DNA of 64,000 bases from Candidatus Omnitrophota bacterium (lineage in GTDB: Bacteria > Omnitrophota > Gorgyraeia > Zapsychrales > Zapsychraceae), in assembly GCA_021108075.1 (NCBI GenBank), contig JAIORP010000135.1, positions 23,938-87,937 on the forward strand, written 5' to 3'. Position numbers and translations under genes: made by a program. The notes below the pieces were generated by a model that had not been told where the DNA came from, did not search any database, and worked only from the letters and a program-made list of their open reading frames with translations. This document shows positions 10,501 to 18,765 of the stretch, piece by piece. The first letter of the stretch is position 1. Each line of letters begins with the position of its first letter.

Positions 10501-11312
10501 AGAAACAAAAACAGTTGGGAGACAACAGGATAAAAAAAAATACTCAATTTAATATTCTGGTTGCTGAAGACTACACACCCAATCAAGAATTAATAAAACT
10601 CCTCCTAAGTAGCGCAGGTTTTCAGTTCTCTATCGTCTCGAACGGCCTTGAAGTGATTGATATCTGCCGCCAGTCAACTTTCGATATCATCTTGATGGAC
10701 GTTCAAATGCCGGAATTAGACGGCATCGCCACCGCCTTGCATATCCGAAATAATATGGAGGCATTAAAAACGATCCCCATCATTGCCCTAACCGCCCACG
10801 CCAACAAGGCAATTGTCGAAAAATGTTTTAAAGCAGGGATGAATGATATTCTAAATAAACCAATTAGGAAGGAAGAACTGCTGCAGGTCCTGGATAAATA
10901 TCTGAAGAACAAACCTGGCCAAGCAACGAATAACGGTCAAAATACGGCTTTTGACAGAGATACTATGCCGCTGCATTATAATGAAATCATAAAAGAATTT
11001 GGTGGTAATAAAATTTTGCTGGATACCGTCACGAATCAATTCATCACCAATGTTGGCGGCCAAATTCTGATTATGCAGGACGCGATCAAAAATAAACAAT
11101 TTGAGATACTTAGAAAGGAAATACATAAAATTAGGGGCGGCGCAGCCAACCTAACAGCCCAATCTTTGGCTGATATTGCCGAAGAAATTGAATCTTTAGC
11201 AAAACAAAAAAATTATATAAACCTCAATAATCTCATGAAAAACTTCGTATCTGAATATAAGCGCCTAAAAGAATATGTAGGGAGTGGATATAAAAATATT
11301 GGCAAAAACTAA
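7551..11312 (+). CDS. Sensory [FeFe]-hydrogenase-like domain fused to PAS-PAS-histidine kinase-REC-Hpt (group C/HydS-like)
   Basis: Two [4Fe-4S] motifs (CINCHACISACP, CIACGKCIQTCS); H-cluster-like motifs QSCAAIV, SPCLAKKRE and DCLNCELEC; FeS motif CSSCGYGKC; H-box NVSHEIRTPLN; REC; Hpt HKIRGGAANL. Confidence 0.88.
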   Translation: MSKSKITLPQTVYVDKDKCINCHACISACPVKYCNDGSGTVVSINSDLCIACGKCIQTCSHQARFYTDDLPALQRAIHRQERIIAVVDPSIAANFQHQFLNLNGWLKSFGVHAVFDISFGAELCVKSYVEYIQKQSPPIIIIQSCAAIVSYIEMYQPELLPYLAPIDSPMIHTIKMIRKYYPQYSDHKIAVLSPCLAKKRELHETNMGDFYIADLSLKQYIKDNNVELSSFPAIDYDDPSDERAVVFPSPGELLRTLKRWIPNMSYLAREIEGTETIYDYLKKLPAILNKEKINTPLLIDCLNCELECTGEPLTLNKNKSVEKIEYWMQQKNKAMQIIHRQDQSNQDININDIVSKHWCEQLYHRSYLDLSDSVQIKNPTLAELQAIFETMHKYSEKDIINCSSCGYGKCENMAKAIYNKLNRPENCHHYLAQKSDIRKNKIQLNEKRLKHILDTTLEGFVQVNKSGYIQMANEAMANILGATPDKIINHPISKFISPLQDIDFGNIINLKNLTKHKLEVTLSKLDGSTIYSLFHINILTDENNQPIGYFALVSDITNLKNTEKELKKFQDHLQQLVEERTQELQKINFQLEEEVTQRRKEQNKIQESEQEIRRIMNTIPHAVLELKNRQIVFANAAVVGVFGWQANELIGKTTQILYLDDNEFDKIGQYFYPVLAKQGIHHGEFNIKKKNGRNIICMISASFVGKETDNERVIAVYEDITERKRAETALHLAKEAAEEANRLKSQFVSNVSHEIRTPLNCIIGFADVILQSEDLNSIHQQAEIILNESETLLNLINDLLDHAKIEAGKLNIDQHGFDLYGLINQIVQTMRIHANKKNLQFYASIEKTVPQYVIGDSLRIHQIIINLLSNALKFTHVGSITLLIESFDKKKDQVTLRFSIIDTGIGISREQQNKIFESFTQADGSTTRKYGGTGLGTTIAKDLVQIMHGQMGVSSEQGKGSTFWFSLQFERCTDLSKVKKFHQKKQKQLGDNRIKKNTQFNILVAEDYTPNQELIKLLLSSAGFQFSIVSNGLEVIDICRQSTFDIILMDVQMPELDGIATALHIRNNMEALKTIPIIALTAHANKAIVEKCFKAGMNDILNKPIRKEELLQVLDKYLKNKPGQATNNGQNTAFDRDTMPLHYNEIIKEFGGNKILLDTVTNQFITNVGGQILIMQDAIKNKQFEILRKEIHKIRGGAANLTAQSLADIAEEIESLAKQKNYINLNNLMKNFVSEYKRLKEYVGSGYKNIGKN

Positions 11313-11358
11313 AAATATAGTATATAAATGTAATATATCTAAAAAAGGAGTTCTTCCT

Positions 11359-11760
11359 ATGCGTATTTTAATCGTTGATGATGATTATGTCAGCCGAACC
11401 AAGTTGAAAGCGTTATTGTCGATGTACGGGGACTGTGACACAGTTCCAAATGGAGAACTTGCTTTAGAATTTTTTAATAATGCTCATTCTGAAAGCGTAC
11501 CTTATGATCTTATAACTTTGGACATAGATATGCCGGGCATGAATGGTCATGAAGTGATTGACAAAATGTCAGAATGGGAAATGGCAAATGAGATTGATGC
11601 CACAAAATCAGCTAAGCTACTGATGATAACTATCAAACAGAACTCGGAAGACATTATGTCTTCTTTTAGAAAGGGGTGTCACGATTATATAAAAAAACCC
11701 GTAACACAATCCAATATTCAAGTTGCCCTTGAAAATATTGGGCTTATGAAGAACCTTTAG
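11359..11760 (+). CDS. CheY-like response regulator
   Basis: MRILIVDDD...LITLDIDMPGMNG...YIKKP; start moved to ATG 11359 after the AAGGAG RBS. Confidence 0.92.
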   Translation: MRILIVDDDYVSRTKLKALLSMYGDCDTVPNGELALEFFNNAHSESVPYDLITLDIDMPGMNGHEVIDKMSEWEMANEIDATKSAKLLMITIKQNSEDIMSSFRKGCHDYIKKPVTQSNIQVALENIGLMKNL

Positions 11761-11802
11761 AATAATATCAATCAAGCAGTTTAAACGAAAGGATGCTGGA
11801 CC

Positions 11803-12651
11803 ATGTTGTTAAGATTTCTGATTATTTTAATTTGTCTGATATGTTTGCCAATGTCTGTAGTACATGCCCAAGTTGACCAAGAAAATTCAGACGACTTATA
11901 TGAATGGCAACTACGTGAATATCCAAACATTCATGGACAATATAATGCGGGAAGAGAACGTTACAATGAAGCATTAGCAGAAAAACACCTAAGACTAAAA
12001 AACACAAAGAAAAAATTGCTCAAAGAAAACAGCATGATGAAAGTTGACATTAAAGAGCAAAAATCTTTACTCCACCTTCAAGACAAAAGAATTAAAGAGC
12101 TACAAAAATTCAATGAAAGGCTTCGCGAAGAATGGGAAGCGTTAGACACGGCGAATAAAGCTAAAGAAGCGGACAAACAAAGATTGGTGGAAGACACTTT
12201 AGCTAAAAAGGCTGAAATTGAATTGCAGAAAGCAAATAACATAACACTGTCTGAAGAAGCTGAAATCCTAAAAGAAGAATTCGCTCTAAAAAATTCTGAA
12301 TATGCTGAACTCAATTCATTCTATGAAGAAAAAGAAATGGAAGTGGCTCAGGCGCAAGATAGCGTTGATCGTAAACAAAAAGAATATGATGAGTTGAAAT
12401 CGAACAACGAAATGTTATCTAGTGAATATGAAGAAAAGCAACGAGAATACAGTGAATTAGAAGAACTCGTTCTCATGCAAAAAGAAGAAAATGAGCGCAT
12501 TGAAAAAGAACTGGATCAAGACTTAGAATCCTTTTACAGCAAGTTATTGCGTTTCTATGAACAAGAAGGCACAGAACTTCGTGAAAAGCTCGAAGACTAT
12601 AAAGGAAGAAAAGTAGAAGTTGAAAGCAAGCTAGAAGATGAGCAATTGTGA
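11803..12651 (+). CDS. Secreted acidic coiled-coil protein
   Basis: Signal peptide ending VHA, followed by an E/K-rich heptad sequence. Confidence 0.75.
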   Translation: MLLRFLIILICLICLPMSVVHAQVDQENSDDLYEWQLREYPNIHGQYNAGRERYNEALAEKHLRLKNTKKKLLKENSMMKVDIKEQKSLLHLQDKRIKELQKFNERLREEWEALDTANKAKEADKQRLVEDTLAKKAEIELQKANNITLSEEAEILKEEFALKNSEYAELNSFYEEKEMEVAQAQDSVDRKQKEYDELKSNNEMLSSEYEEKQREYSELEELVLMQKEENERIEKELDQDLESFYSKLLRFYEQEGTELREKLEDYKGRKVEVESKLEDEQL

Positions 12652-12740
12652 TTCAGATGACTATTGTGACGAACCACAACGATACCATCAACATCAAATT
12701 TCCTTTAATTACATTATATGAACATTGGGAAAGCAACTGT

Positions 12741-12803
12741 TTGAATTTAAGGTGCTTGCTGCGGAGTCAAAAACAATGCCCCGTGCAAGCACCTTAAATT
12801 CAA
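12741..12803. repeat. Perfect 19-bp inverted repeat (long hairpin)
   Basis: TTGAATTTAAGGTGCTTGC (12741-12759) ... GCAAGCACCTTAAATTCAA (12785-12803). Confidence 0.85.
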
Positions 12804-13106
12804 CAACGGCAAACACTTTTGATCCATCCAGAAAGACATTCTCGGTCAAAAAAACCATTCATGGCCAGTCATTCCAATACATCCCTATCCGAAACATATC
12901 AAACCAAATCCTGGCCCGGCTGTCATAAATGCACTTATCAAATGCATTATCGTGACAACAACTTATTGTCTTAAACCTCTATATTTCAATCAGTTTCAAC
13001 CTTAAAATAAAGTACTAGATTTTTTTTTCATTTTGTAGTATATTTATGTCTATCGAATGTTGTCCGCATTTACTGCATAAAATATGATTATTGGAGGTGA
13101 TTGCAC

Positions 13107-13196
13107 GTGGGGGAATGGAAAGAAGATAAATTAATCAAGTCTACAAATAAAGACAGAGATATTTTCCCTTGGGACGAAGCGGATATATACTTTTAG
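13107..13196 (+). CDS. Putative 29-aa small protein (MGEWKEDKLIKSTNKDRDIFPWDEADIYF)
   Basis: GGAGGTGA RBS 6 nt before GTG; sigma70-like promoter upstream; strong hairpin just after the stop. Confidence 0.55.
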   Translation: MGEWKEDKLIKSTNKDRDIFPWDEADIYF

Positions 13197-13210
13197 GATG
13201 TTATCGCAAC

Positions 13211-13260
13211 AAACAGTCAAAACCCTATCTTGCATTGTGACAAGATAGGGTTTTCTGTTT
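13211..13260 (+). terminator. Intrinsic terminator hairpin
   Basis: AAAACCCTATCTTG-8 nt loop-CAAGATAGGGTTTT followed by CTGTTT. Confidence 0.75.
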
Positions 13261-13752
13261 AAATGGCCTTGCGATATACAGCACATGAACAAAAACATAT
13301 TAATTTTTTTAATTCACAACCAGCCATTATTATCTCAACAATGAGATCATACGGGTACGATTTAAAAAACGTTACTATCAGGCCATCAGGAAAAATTTTC
13401 ATCTTTGTTTTTTTACAGGCCAAACGTACTAAAATTTAATAATAAATCCTCAAATCAGTGTAACCGTTGTTAACTTTGAGCAATTTACCGGCTACACCAT
13501 CCAAGGCAAAACACACATCATCCCCAAAAATAAAAGGATCTGTTCCATATTGACAAATGGGAAAATAAAATTACCCAACCCATTTCAGAACCTTTAGTAC
13601 AAAATGTTCAAAAAGAAACGAAAGGCTCCTTTAATTACGAAACTCACCTGCCATAAAATCCTAAATACATGATTGAAGTATCTGTTTCCAGCAAAAATTT
13701 ATCCCCCATATTGCCACAAGATTAAATCCTCTGAATCAAATAGTCATTATGG

Positions 13753-13780
13753 TTGCAAAATAAAAATAATACGATATAAT
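13753..13780 (+). promoter_or_regulatory. Sigma70-like promoter for the pilT-REC gene
   Basis: TTGCAA-16 bp-TATAAT about 45 nt before the ATG. Confidence 0.5.
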
Positions 13781-13823
13781 TTTAAATATCAAAATTTTCA
13801 TTTATAAACCATCAGGAGCAAAT

Positions 13824-15350
13824 ATGAACAAAGAAGATTTTTTAGCCATCCTGCATAAAGGAACTGAATTAGAGGCATCCGATGTTCATCTTTCCGCAAA
13901 CAAACCACCGATTTTTCGTCTTTATGGCAATTTACAATACTCGAAGCAGGCATCCATATCAAATTCACAGTTAAAGAGTATGCTCTATGATTTATTATTA
14001 CCTGAACAAATTGCTAAATTCGAAGAAGAAAAAGAGCTTGATTTTTCTTATAGAGAAATGGCGGAATATCAATTTCGAATCAACGCCGGACTTGATCGTG
14101 GAAATATTGCAATCACAGCACGCATCACTCCCGCAAAAATAAAGTCTTTGGAAGAATTAAATCTTCCAAAAGTTGTTCAGGACATCGCTTATGAACGAAA
14201 AGGGCTGGTTCTGATTGCCGGGGTAGCAGGATGCGGAAAGAGTACAACATTAACATATCTTATCGATTTGATTAATCGCAATAGACAGTGTAAAATTGTT
14301 ACCATTGAAGACCCGATCGAATATATCCACGAATCAAATAAGTCTTTAATTATGCAAAGAGAAGTCGGCGCGGATACCCATACTTTTGCGGATGCCATCA
14401 AACACGCCCTCCGCCAGGACCCGGATGTTATCGTCATTGGAGAAATGCGTGACTTGGAATCGATGTCCATGGCAATTACAGCTGCAGAAACAGGCCACCT
14501 CGTATTAACAACTGTTCACGCTCCGAATGCGACCGAAACCATCAACCGTATCATTGATGTTTTTCCCCAGGCAAATCGTGACCAAATCAATATTCAGTTA
14601 GCTGAGAACTTCTTAGCTGTTATGGCACAAATGCTCATTCCCCGTGCAGACAGCAAAGAACGCATACTGGCCACAGAGGTTATTTATACAAACATTGCTA
14701 TCCGCAACCTGCTCCGGAGAGGATCACTCGTCGAACTTCGTGGACAAATTGACGCCGATGAAAATCCTAAAGTTCAATCATTTGAGGTTTGTCTTTCTAA
14801 ACTCTATCTCAAGAACCTCATCACGAAAGAGACAGCCATCGACTATTCAAAATTCCCGGAAAAACTAAAGTTCACAAATCCGAATGATTTTAAAAGTGTT
14901 TTTGGGACAAAAAAGAAAACTAAGGACAAAAAAAGTTCCAAATACGAGCCCGATGAAATGAATACGTTCGAAAAAGCCTTAATTATTGAACAAGACGAAG
15001 ACGATCGCGGTAAAATGGGAGAAATATGTAAACATGAAGGGATCCCGACGATTTATCTCGCTCCGTCCGGAGAGCAAGGACTCATCATTGCCAATAAAGT
15101 CAAGCCTGATTTAATCATTATTGACATGCTAATCGTTGATATTGATCTGGAAAAACTTTGTGAGCATTTCAAAGAAATCGTTGGAGACGGAATCAAAATT
15201 ATTATGATTACCGGAAGATTTAGGCCGGAAGACCCCCAAAAAGTATCCGATTTAGGTGCTATTGATTTGGTTGTCAAAACTGCTGATCTGCGGTTACTAT
15301 CTAAATCACTGCAAAAGCTTCAAGGAACATATAATCCCGAAAATAAATAA
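13824..15350 (+). CDS. pilT: PilT/PilU-family pilus retraction ATPase with a C-terminal receiver domain
   Basis: ASDVHL, Walker A GVAGCGKST, TIEDPIEY, LRQDPDVIVIGEMRD, His box TTVH, AIRNLLR; C-terminal KPDLIIID...IIMITG...VVK REC domain. Confidence 0.88.
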   Translation: MNKEDFLAILHKGTELEASDVHLSANKPPIFRLYGNLQYSKQASISNSQLKSMLYDLLLPEQIAKFEEEKELDFSYREMAEYQFRINAGLDRGNIAITARITPAKIKSLEELNLPKVVQDIAYERKGLVLIAGVAGCGKSTTLTYLIDLINRNRQCKIVTIEDPIEYIHESNKSLIMQREVGADTHTFADAIKHALRQDPDVIVIGEMRDLESMSMAITAAETGHLVLTTVHAPNATETINRIIDVFPQANRDQINIQLAENFLAVMAQMLIPRADSKERILATEVIYTNIAIRNLLRRGSLVELRGQIDADENPKVQSFEVCLSKLYLKNLITKETAIDYSKFPEKLKFTNPNDFKSVFGTKKKTKDKKSSKYEPDEMNTFEKALIIEQDEDDRGKMGEICKHEGIPTIYLAPSGEQGLIIANKVKPDLIIIDMLIVDIDLEKLCEHFKEIVGDGIKIIMITGRFRPEDPQKVSDLGAIDLVVKTADLRLLSKSLQKLQGTYNPENK

Positions 15351-15383
15351 TAATAACGTCGATTTTACAAAAATTAACTGATT

Positions 15384-15938
15384 TTATTTTTCTCCCATCA
15401 ATTTATTCAGTCGATCAAAAGCTCTACTCCGGGCATTTTTCTTTTTCTGTTCTAACTCATTCTTATCTTCGCGCAACTTATATATCAATGAAAGAGAAAA
15501 CACGATATCTTCAAAACAATAGTGAAATGAAATCCTGTGCGTATTCGAAAAGTCCGAAAGAATGACCATTCGGTTCCCTTTAATTGTTGTAGGGATACTG
15601 ATCTCAAAACTATGCTCCGTTTCTTTCATCAACTTCATCTTAACACCACCGGCAATCATATTAATCTGCTCAGCGATCCCGTCAATCACTTCACGATTAG
15701 CGTCATCCAGTGTTGAATGAATCATCCTGGATACGATTTGACAGGCACTGCTGTTAGGTAAGCAAATCGCAATACTCCCTTCAATACTGCCGATAAAACC
15801 GATCGAACTGATAATGCATTCGTCGTCTAACATAACCTCATTTTCAATCTGCTTTGGGACTAACGATATCGTCGCAAGAAACGCGTCGGAAACAGACTCC
15901 TCCAATAACTTGCTTAAATGCTCTGATAATTCATTCAT
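15384..15938 (-). CDS. cheX: CheX-like phosphatase
   Basis: SSIGFIGSIEGSI...DGIAEQINMIAGG (ExxN motif)...ISIPTTI. Confidence 0.85.
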   Translation of the reverse strand: MNELSEHLSKLLEESVSDAFLATISLVPKQIENEVMLDDECIISSIGFIGSIEGSIAICLPNSSACQIVSRMIHSTLDDANREVIDGIAEQINMIAGGVKMKLMKETEHSFEISIPTTIKGNRMVILSDFSNTHRISFHYCFEDIVFSLSLIYKLREDKNELEQKKKNARSRAFDRLNKLMGEK

Positions 15939-15955
15939 ATCTCATCTCCAAATTA

Positions 15956-16035
15956 TACCAAATCCATTAATAAATTGTTCTATCTTAATTCTGAAAAGCA
16001 GAATTGGTTTTGGTCATTATTTAATGGAATTGGTA
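15956..16035 (+). mobile_element. 80-bp MITE, copy 2
   Basis: Same sequence as copy 1, flanked on both sides by TTA. Confidence 0.9.
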
Positions 16036-16321
16036 TTAGTATCAAATTCAACCATTTTAAAACAATATAATTTATTGCTGATAGCATGTACAGCAAAAAC
16101 TCATCTTTTTAACAAAAATAATAAAAGTTCGGTCATGCTTATATATATAAAATTATACACTCAACTCATTAGTTGTTGCTTTTTTTGAACATTCAAATAT
16201 AATAGTAATACGAACAATAAGAAAAATAAGAAAATATGAGCCAATATAAGCCAAATAGAGATAATTAAACGTAGCATGGCACATTTATTGCTTATATATA
16301 TCAACGAGAGGAGTATACACT

Positions 16322-16705
16322 ATGAAAAAAATGTTTTTAATCATTATTTTATTAATGACTTGCATTTCCCTTCAAGGATGCAAAGGCGGCGGAAGTGGAT
16401 CAGGAAGTGGGATAACATCCGGCGGTGTTTTTCTAGATCCCATGGCTTTACTGAATGAAGACGGAACTGGCGATGATCCATTACCATGGACAACTGACGA
16501 ACCAGATGAAGAAAGCGAGGATAATTCCGGAGGAGAAGATCCAGACCCGATAGTATTGCCTGACTTATGTGAAGATAGCGAACATAATGTTGTTCCTTGT
16601 ATTGAAGGACCGGGAACTGAAGCACACTCAACACCAGAGCCTGCGACATTTTTCTTGTTGTTCAATAGCCTGTTAGGATTTGCTTTTTTTAAAAGAAAAA
16701 AATAG
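16322..16705 (+). CDS. Small lipoprotein-like PEP-CTERM protein
   Basis: Lipobox-like LQG-C, Gly/Ser linker, acidic middle, C-terminal TPEPATFFLLFNSLLGFAFFKRKK. Confidence 0.8.
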   Translation: MKKMFLIIILLMTCISLQGCKGGGSGSGSGITSGGVFLDPMALLNEDGTGDDPLPWTTDEPDEESEDNSGGEDPDPIVLPDLCEDSEHNVVPCIEGPGTEAHSTPEPATFFLLFNSLLGFAFFKRKK

Positions 16706-16767
16706 TCCTTTTGAGATGAAATGGGGGAGAAGAACCAAACCATTTTATTGAAAAGGAGACTGTTATT

Positions 16768-17529
16768 TTGAAAACTAAAATATGTACATTGACTACTCTA
16801 ATTTTGTTGAGTACAACCGTCTATTCCTATGCCTTTTATAACATTGATGGAGATTTAAATGACTGGGGAATAGACCTCACCGATCCTCAAGCTCAAAACA
16901 AACACTATCTAGACAATCACACGCCCATAGGGTCAAACATTGATTTCTTCACAGAAGACAATACTGACAAATTCCAGGGCAGTCAATACGTTGGCCCCGG
17001 ATATTCAAACGGGAACCGGTACGACGCTGAGGCCATCTATTTTGACAATGACGCTCAATATGCCTATATCGCGATCGTAACAGGTGTATCTTCCTCAGAA
17101 AATTCTTTCCCCGCAGGCGATATTTTCCTTGATTCAATCGACCCAACAGGCAATCAACAATACCATTATGGCATCGATATCATCACTGGAGAGTTCTATT
17201 TCGTTGATAGTTGGATTGATGTTGATTATTCTGATCATCAAAGCGCCTCACCATGGAAAATCGGAGATAATAAAACACTTCTGGGACAAGCAGATTTATT
17301 TTATACAACCCAGGACATTAATTCACACTATGTCATCGAGGCCAGGGTTCCTTTAGCCTGGATGGGGATAGGAACATCGTCAAGCACAGACATTTGGCTC
17401 CACTGGACAATGCGCTGTGGCAATGATACCGTCGATCTGAAAGGGACGGTTCATTCTACCCCCGAACCAGCGACATTTTTTCTTCTTCTGAACGGATTCT
17501 GGGGCTTCTTTTTCCTCCGAAAAAAATAA
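16768..17529 (+). CDS. PEP-CTERM sorting-domain surface protein
   Basis: Signal peptide, HWTMRCGND motif, C-terminal TPEPATFFLLLNGFWGFFFLRKK; AAGGAG RBS with TTG start. Confidence 0.85.
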   Translation: MKTKICTLTTLILLSTTVYSYAFYNIDGDLNDWGIDLTDPQAQNKHYLDNHTPIGSNIDFFTEDNTDKFQGSQYVGPGYSNGNRYDAEAIYFDNDAQYAYIAIVTGVSSSENSFPAGDIFLDSIDPTGNQQYHYGIDIITGEFYFVDSWIDVDYSDHQSASPWKIGDNKTLLGQADLFYTTQDINSHYVIEARVPLAWMGIGTSSSTDIWLHWTMRCGNDTVDLKGTVHSTPEPATFFLLLNGFWGFFFLRKK

Positions 17530-17551
17530 CCTTATTACTGTAACAAGCTAA

Positions 17552-17590
17552 AAAGGCAGCTTATTAAAGAATAAGTTGCCTTTCTTGTTT
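17552..17590 (+). terminator. Intrinsic terminator
   Basis: AAAGGCAGCTTATT-AAAG-AATAAGTTGCCTTT followed by a T-rich tail. Confidence 0.75.
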
Positions 17591-17694
17591 ATTTGAATAG
17601 AATGTTAATATGCATCATACTAGAAGCATGCATTTTGGGATTATATGTATTATAATTAAGTATAGCAAAAATCACTAAAATCAGGACTCACGAA

Positions 17695-18336
17695 ATGAAA
17701 AAAATACTTCTTCTTACCATTTTTTGTTTACTGGCTACCCGGACTCAACCAGCCGAAAGTTTGTCAATTAAGGAACGACTACGAAAAGCCCGCGAAAAAG
17801 AAAACACTCAATCCAGTCAAACCGGCACAGTCAATGAACCGGCCCAGGATCAAAACGACGCTGCGCAAGAACCATCGGCACCGGAAACTGAAAAGCCTAA
17901 AAGCACAATCAGCAAACCCGAAGGTAAAAGATGCTCTTCATCCCAATGTGGCGGCGAAACACAAACAAAGTACCCCCCCCCTGATCAACCATATCAACAA
18001 CAAGACACCCCAATAGGAATAGTTGGAGAAGACGGAAACCTGCGTGGAGAAATGATAAAAAATAGCATCTATAATCCTCCCACAAAAAAAGCCTTATCCC
18101 AAGTATTAAACAATACATCATTACCCGCGGCAGCTTATAATGATGGGGAATTTATCTCATATTTTAATAATGGGCGCATCATTTATCGGCGTTACACAAT
18201 GAAAGATCGAGTACTCGTTGGAGAATTTCAAGAATACCATATCAATGGTGCGCTTAAAAGGGAACTTTTCTTCAAAAATGGCTATATCTTAAAAGAATTT
18301 TCATACCAACCGGCATCATGGCCTGGCAGCTTTTAA
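17695..18336 (+). CDS. Secreted protein with a disordered N-terminal part and C-terminal MORN-variant-like repeats
   Basis: Signal peptide; P/E/Q/T-rich linker; YFNNGRI / GEFQEYHINGALK motifs. Confidence 0.6.
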   Translation: MKKILLLTIFCLLATRTQPAESLSIKERLRKAREKENTQSSQTGTVNEPAQDQNDAAQEPSAPETEKPKSTISKPEGKRCSSSQCGGETQTKYPPPDQPYQQQDTPIGIVGEDGNLRGEMIKNSIYNPPTKKALSQVLNNTSLPAAAYNDGEFISYFNNGRIIYRRYTMKDRVLVGEFQEYHINGALKRELFFKNGYILKEFSYQPASWPGSF

Positions 18337-18669
18337 ACTCGTTTCGGTTGATATTTTTTTTTGAAAAAGCTAGATATCCTTTCCGATTAATATTACCATA
18401 AAAACAATTTAAACTTACGGTAAACATATGAACAGTCTGAAGGGATGCTCACCCACAACATTTGACAATATCTCTAAATCTTCAACCCCATCCCAAAGAA
18501 GGCGGGTTCTTTATTGAAACCTGCCGATCAGATGAATCTCTACAGGGAAACCTGCTTCACAAAAAATAAACAAAAAAAGAGGCCTGAAGTCAATCCTCTG
18601 ACGAACTTTTAATAATATTCTTGATTTAAAAACGGGAACGAAGTAGAATATACCGCATTAAGATAATAA

Positions 18670-18749
18670 TACCAATTCCATTAAATAATGACCAAACCCA
18701 ATTCTGCTTTTCAGAATTAAAATAGAACAATTTATTAATGGATTTGGTA
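18670..18749 (-). mobile_element. 80-bp MITE, copy 3 (inverted)
   Basis: Reverse complement of copy 1 with about 2 substitutions, flanked by TAA on both sides. Confidence 0.9.
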
Positions 18750-18765
18750 TAAAGGAATAGCAACG

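Noticed and set aside
12725-12928. 67-aa ORF over the long hairpin
   Set aside because: TTG start without an RBS and no recognisable motif
15814-16188. ORF sharing the peptide IPNPLINCSILILKSRIGFGHYLMELV with ORF 18658..18861
   Set aside because: The shared peptide is just the translation of the MITE. Both ORFs overlap real genes on the opposite strand, and an 83-bp insertion would not preserve frame.
18501-18525. GGCGGGTT/AACCTGCC hairpin upstream of PilZ as a c-di-GMP riboswitch
   Set aside because: Lacks the GGCAAA/GNRA-receptor two-stem architecture; an Rfam scan would be needed to rescue it
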